A stretch of 57,491 nucleotides of DNA from Catajapyx aquilonaris (Eukaryota). Location: the NCBI GenBank assembly GCA_000934665.2, contig KZ538125.1, forward strand, positions 62,001 to 119,491, given 5' to 3'. The translations under genes were made by a program, and so were the position numbers. Below, in pieces: positions 52,208 through 57,491 of the stretch; within the stretch, counting starts at the first letter, position 1, and every line of letters starts with the position of its first letter. The notes below the pieces were generated by a model that saw only the letters and a program-made list of their open reading frames with translations, was not told where the DNA came from and did not search any database.

Positions 52208-52230
52208 GTAGTAGTAGTAGTAGTAGTAGT
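52147..52230. repeat. Compound microsatellite (AAT)20(AGT)8
   Basis: Read directly: AAT at 52147-52206 and AGT at 52207-52230. Confidence 0.98.
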
Positions 52231-54066
52231 TTTATTTACCTGCTGGGCTTTATGGGCCCTTGTGCAGTTATTATGAAATATTGTTCGAAGAAAGCTGTAC
52301 CGGTACAAATCGCGAATGAAATAAACCTCGGAAATAGCTTTCTGATTGACATTTGTGATGTTGATAATAATCAGAACCTTGCACTTGAACATCATCTATT
52401 AGAGTATGTCGCGTATTTAGGCTGCATTTGTGACCTGTAATCGGTCCAAGCACAGGGGACACTAGCACCTGTGAAAAAATGCAATTGGCACTTTAAGAAA
52501 TTGGATTTACTGTTGCCCGCTACTGAGAGCAAGCACATTATCAACCATCGATCGACTGTTTTCAGTGGTGTACAGCATTGAACTATAAGAGATAATATGA
52601 CTATTGTGGAAAACAAGGATGCAGTAAGTAATAAATAGCAAACTAAAAAGCTATTAAAATCATCAGGAGCAATTACGTTTGTGAGGAAGAGAAACATAAT
52701 GATCTCGAGGGTTTTAATGGCTTCAGTGGAAACTTTCTGGATATTTTGTTACACGTAGCAATTATTCTCGAGTAGCAGTTTCATGTGAGCAGCTTATAAT
52801 GGCTCTATGGTTTAATATACAGTAGTTTCTAAAAGTACTAATGTATGTGTGTAAAATAATATCATCATCAATTTCGCTTGGTTTTCTTATAATTAATTAT
52901 GATAAGTCAGGATTACTCTGCAAATACTCTCAATGGAAGGAGTCCCAGCGATAAGTAATACGATATTAATTACTCAGGAGGCATATTATAAGAGTGCCCC
53001 AGTTCGTCAGAAAACCAGAAACATTTTCCAATTTGTCAGCAAAGAAGAGCGGAAGAAAGTTATCCAACTAGGCGCCATGCATCCATTATTAACCGATTCA
53101 TTACCCCCGCCATCTTATTGGAGGATCATGCAAACTAGGCAGCAGAGTCTTTTGTTTGAATTGGGCGCGGACTTTTCATCAGGGCGAAAGATTTCTGGTG
53201 CCTCTCTCAGAATTATTTTCCTCCATGAGAGGCCAGCAGCAAAAGGAGTAACTGAAAATAAAGCCCACTAGACATGGCTGACTCTGCCTACCTACGAAAC
53301 CGCCTAATCGATTATCGATGACGACTTTCACGGATTTATCCCATTATACCTTGATCAAATCCCAGCGAAGAGTTCAGGTTTCATTCTCTTTTTTTTCTCT
53401 CCCCTTAACGAATAAGGGTGCAGCGGTTTCCCTTAATCTAGGGAACCACTTTCAAAATTGAATATTATTTCCCTGAGTGGCATAAGCCAAAGGAGGAGAT
53501 GGAGGCTTTCTTTTCATGCAGGATGATGGGGGTTACTGGGTGGGACTCGAGCTGGGCGTAGATGTGGGTGGAGGAAGGAATAATAATAGTAGATTTTTTT
53601 TTCTGGCCAGAAGCACAAGAGTCAAGTCTTTTCGCTCTTCACAATAGAAGCCCTTCACTATGGCTTCCACTTTTTTTCTGCCTTTTTCATTGAGACTCTG
53701 TCCTTTATACTTCGCAAGAGAACCAACTAAAGGCTCTGAATTACTTCAGCCTGTTAAATGAAAATCGGGAGACCGCGCGTCTTGTGTCTTAAAAACTTTT
53801 CACTGGGGACCCTGTAAAACATTAGTGTAAATCTCCCCCCTATCCTAGATTCGCAAATGGAAGGGGCATCTAGTACACATTTGCCATCGAGGTGGAATAA
53901 TGAATGAGAGGAGGAAGAATTTCGGTAGCTAGGATCAGCTGAAATGAGGCGTCTCCTGAGGGTCTCCTTACCCTTAGAAAACGAGAGCTCGGAGGCCTCC
54001 CCAAAAACCTCTTTCCCAAGGCCTGGTCTGGCTCTCTCCCACCACAAGATTCTTCGTCTCACTTAC

Positions 54067-54316
54067 CTTCTCGTATTTCGGATCATTTTGCACAGTGCGG
54101 TTCGTGAACCACAAGGGTGCACCAAACTTTTGGAGGCGCCAGGGAATCTCAAAAAGTTGTGTACGCCCCCCCGTACCTTACGGTATCGAGTTTACCGTGA
54201 CACAACATGTGAAGAATTGCATGTGGTTTCGTTAGGTCAAAGCAATGTGCTTCGTTCCACACTGGAGAACGAGATAAATCCGGGGCGATTTATCCCCGAG
54301 CACTTTTCATAATGTG
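54067..54316 (-). other. Candidate distal 5' leader exon (250 nt)
   Basis: The acceptor TTTTCTTTCCTCCCCAGCCTTTTCTCCCTGCAG|C has a long pyrimidine tract (AG at 54318-54317). The donor GAAG|GTAAGT (54067/54066) is a perfect consensus. All three frames have stops near the 5' end, so it is not an internal coding exon. Confidence 0.6.
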
Positions 54317-56049
54317 CTGCAGGGAGAAAAGGCTGGGGAGGAAAGAAAATCTGAGGATAGCGTCTCTTCTGGTTTCCCGGGAGGTAATCTGAGTCTCACG
54401 ACTCTGACTCTGTCACCAATCCAAAAGAATAAGGCAAGAAGGGGGAAGGCGGTCTTTTCAGGTGCTGAGATAAGGTGCTCTGTCTCCCTCCCACCTAATC
54501 TAGGCTTTTTTCTTGGTTTTCTTCCTGGCTGAGCCAGCCCGGATTTCACCACTTTTTCTTACTGCGGAAAAAGCGGTATAGGCCAACCTAAACCTTGTTT
54601 AGATGGAATCAAAGGCACGCTTTCGTGTTAAAGCGACGGCATTAATATTAATCTACAATTGTAATTTGCCAGTCTTCTGATGCCGCTTTGTGTGGGCGTT
54701 ATACATCCGTTACACTATACCCGAAATTCCTCCCTAATGGCGGCTCATGTTATTGATGTTATAGTAGATTATGTAGAATTCCTTCATGAAGTGGAGATTT
54801 GGAAGGATAATGCTCTAGTTGGCAGAGAGAATGGTATTACTACGGTTTGTGATTGAAAGCATATTAATAGTGCATTTTCACCTTCAAGTGTAAACATCAC
54901 ACATAGACTATAGGACAACACTTGCTGCAATATTGTTGACAATAACCTAACAGAATGTCCATTTTGGGAAAGGGTGCTCATGATATTGATTGACATGCAA
55001 TATGTAGCCATTTTGCACTACCTTACGCAGCATTTCGATAATCAATATGGACCTCATTTTCGATATAAAAAAGCCACACCCCCATTTTCAAACGCTTGAT
55101 ATTTCCACACCAGATCGTAAATGCTTGCCCCCCCAAAAAATACCGGGCACTATAGAAAGGCAAGTGAAGAGCAAGGTCTCCCCAGAGAGCCTCTCTTTGA
55201 CCAAATGAATTGAATTCCGTAACTCTCTCTACTTGCACTTAAGTCACAAAATCTTTGTCTCCGTTGAAGGAACGCTAGTGCAAAGTTTGGTCGTACAAAA
55301 GGGTATTGGAGAAGAGGATGCAATGGGAGGGGTTGGGAGGAAGGAAAAAAGTGGGGAGAAAGATTCGTAGTCTCCATCTGTGCCTTGTGGAATTATTGCA
55401 ACCTCTTGGCAAACCCAGCCAGACCCGGGTGGACACATGCATTCTAAATCTCTAGGGGAAGGAAAAACCGCGAGAGGCGCGTATTTGGAAGGAGGGTAAG
55501 GTCTCCCCCCCCCCCCATCATCCCCCTTTCCCTCCTGCCCCCACTTTCTCCAGATCGAATATCCTGATGAGTTTGAGGAGCCACGCCTGGAGATAAGAGG
55601 GCCGTCATCTTGGTCCCCCAACGAAAAAGAATGCCCGTGCTTCCTGCTTACTCAAGTCAAATTCTTTCTCCTCTGCTCCATCCTCGGCACAGGAATTTCT
55701 AGCATATCTCTGCAGACTAGCGCATCTCCGGAGATGGCTAATCCGGACCACGGAGGGTTAGAAAATGTGACGAGACAATCTGCGATCGTTCAACAATATT
55801 AGGAGCTTGAAATCATTATTTTAGAATGGCAGCCGCTTATAAATTCAATGTGCCCGCTTGTATTGAAAATTACCATGGGAGCCATGGCATCCAATTTGCA
55901 CCAGATGCTACAGCAGTTGTAGCAATTCGCAATGAAAACCTGTTATTGCCCTTTGTCGCCATTATGAGTCTCAATCTGTTCAGAAAATAGGATTCTTTCA
56001 AATATCGGTACCGGTATGGCTGACAGTCATCCTAAGAGCTATACTTTCA

Positions 56050-56116
56050 ATTGGACAGGGGTGTTGTTGCGTACGTCTCAGGATGAATCATTTTCATCCT
56101 GAGCACCCTGTCCAAT
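56050..56116. repeat. Nested inverted repeat / hairpin
   Basis: Outer arms ATTGGACAGGG(G)TG and CACCCTGTCCAAT; inner perfect 11-bp stem CTCAGGATGAA / TTCATCCTGAG. Confidence 0.85.
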
Positions 56117-56937
56117 AAATTGGAGCATCCTCCGATTTATCATCATCATCCAAAATGTGACGTAACTCTAAATGCTTTATCCCGGAAGTGACAAACAGTT
56201 TGAATTATAATTATTGGATATCAATTTTAACTTGTTTGCACATATCCACTAGGGAATTGGAATTAAATTAATTGTCCCTTTGTTTCGGAGACTTGTACAC
56301 CATAACGTAAACTGCATTATCAGACACCAATCAATTGAAGCCGTTGCGTGACAGTGAATTACCAACTGCGGACAGTTCGGACTGCTGTTACAGCCTTTCC
56401 CCGCCACTACGTGAATATTTTAGTGAAGTTTTAGGTTACTATTGGCAGAGTACGTCTGCTGGCACGTATCATTGATTATCTCCGTTCCAATTTGAGTGGA
56501 AACGGTGGAAAAATGCACTTAATGGAATTACACCTTGTGTCGACATATATTCACGGTTTTGTCTATTACCACTGTACTGTGTAGCGTGGAATAAAAGTCA
56601 TTTCAGATTCAAAGAGGTAAGACTGTCACGAACAGCTCGTTTATCACAGTGCTTGGAAAGAACGCGCCAAAGTCGTTTTGCTCACCTGTGTCAACCAATG
56701 GCGTGCAGGCTCAGTCCTCTTGTTAGATGTGCATCCAGATGATAAGTGAGCGCGATCATCTAAAAGTATGTGAACTGACTTTTGTTCCACTTCGTGTATC
56801 TTTTTGTAATGTGGAAGCACAAAATAGCATATAGCAAACCATTCGGTAGTTATGCGTTGTGCTACTTCTTAAGTAGTCCTATGTCAAGGAACATTAGCAT
56901 ATCAAAGTGCTGCAAGGTTCCTTCTTTCTTTTATAGT

Positions 56938-57491
56938 AGTCCAGGTGCTAAGGGACAAATTTGACCCAAACTTTGCATTTTGTGACAAAAGTATGAAACT
57001 CGGTACACTTGTCCTTTGGACACTTCTGATCATATCTGGACGTGGAGCCACGATGACCCACCCCGGTGGTGGTCCATTTCGCAGGGTTTCCATAACTACC
57101 AGATGCAGCGTCCTTTTAGGACCTTGTATTGGGTGACAAAAACATGAAACTTGCCACAATTGGTCTTTGGACACTTCTGAACATGTCTGGATGTGGGGCC
57201 ATGATGACTGACCCCGCTGTGGGTCACTTGCAGGGTTGCCAGATCTAACGGACCAAACATACATCTCTGCGAGGATCATGTGAATTGGGAGCTTGCATTC
57301 GGTGATAAAAACGTGAAACGCGGTACGGTAGTTCTTCGAACACATCTCAACATATCTGGACGTGGGGTCACGGCGGGTGACCCCTGGTGGCCTCGCCAGG
57401 GGTCACTATCGCGGAGTTGCCAAATCGAACATGTGTTGCACACCTTTACATGAATAAGGGCCTTGCATTCGGTGATAAAACACTGCTAAAA
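56938..57491. repeat. Diverged tandem array of ~150-170-bp units, probably the internal array of a non-autonomous DNA transposon; runs off the right edge
   Basis: TTG(C/T)ATT..GTGA(C/T)AAAA recurs at 56973, 57124, 57293 and 57463. CAT(A/G)TCTGGA(C/T)GTGG recurs at 57031, 57182 and 57351. CTTTGGACACTTCTGA is shared by units 1 and 2. Confidence 0.85.

Noticed and set aside
52025..52395. ORFs with poly-Ile/Val/Thr
   Set aside because: They are translations of the microsatellite.
56973..57491. CRISPR-like repeat/spacer alternation
   Set aside because: The units are long, diverged and homologous throughout, which fits a tandem array.

Overview
Eukaryotic, gene-poor DNA, most likely from a large-genome arthropod or insect (inferred from the gene found, the spliceosomal signals and the repeat types). 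It is draft-quality, with Ns in G/C homopolymers and one gap at 32136-32308. The only well-supported protein-coding segment is the first coding exon of a neuroligin-type gene on the minus strand (844-448). It encodes a signal peptide, an unusual (Ala-Ser)n plus poly-Gly spacer, and the start of the cholinesterase-like domain (KYSTRVVKTSYGALRG...PVEAFLG), then runs into an intron off the left edge. The remaining ~56 kb lies upstream of that exon. It contains two candidate minus-strand leader exons with strong splice signals (54316-54067 and 4360-3760), decayed transposon relics (Penelope-like, piggyBac-like, RTE-like RT, DINE/Helentron-like, tRNA-SINE-like), palindromic and tandem arrays, and isolated hairpins. 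The most interesting observation is a possible upstream-ORF system on the neuroligin transcript. Joining the two leader exons links a CAAAATG start to a 152-codon open frame (159 aa), and a 5-codon uORF ends in a stop overlapping the neuroligin start (ATGA). Most ORF-track entries look like chance ORFs. No prokaryotic features or CRISPR arrays are supported. All family assignments come from recalled motifs, not database searches.
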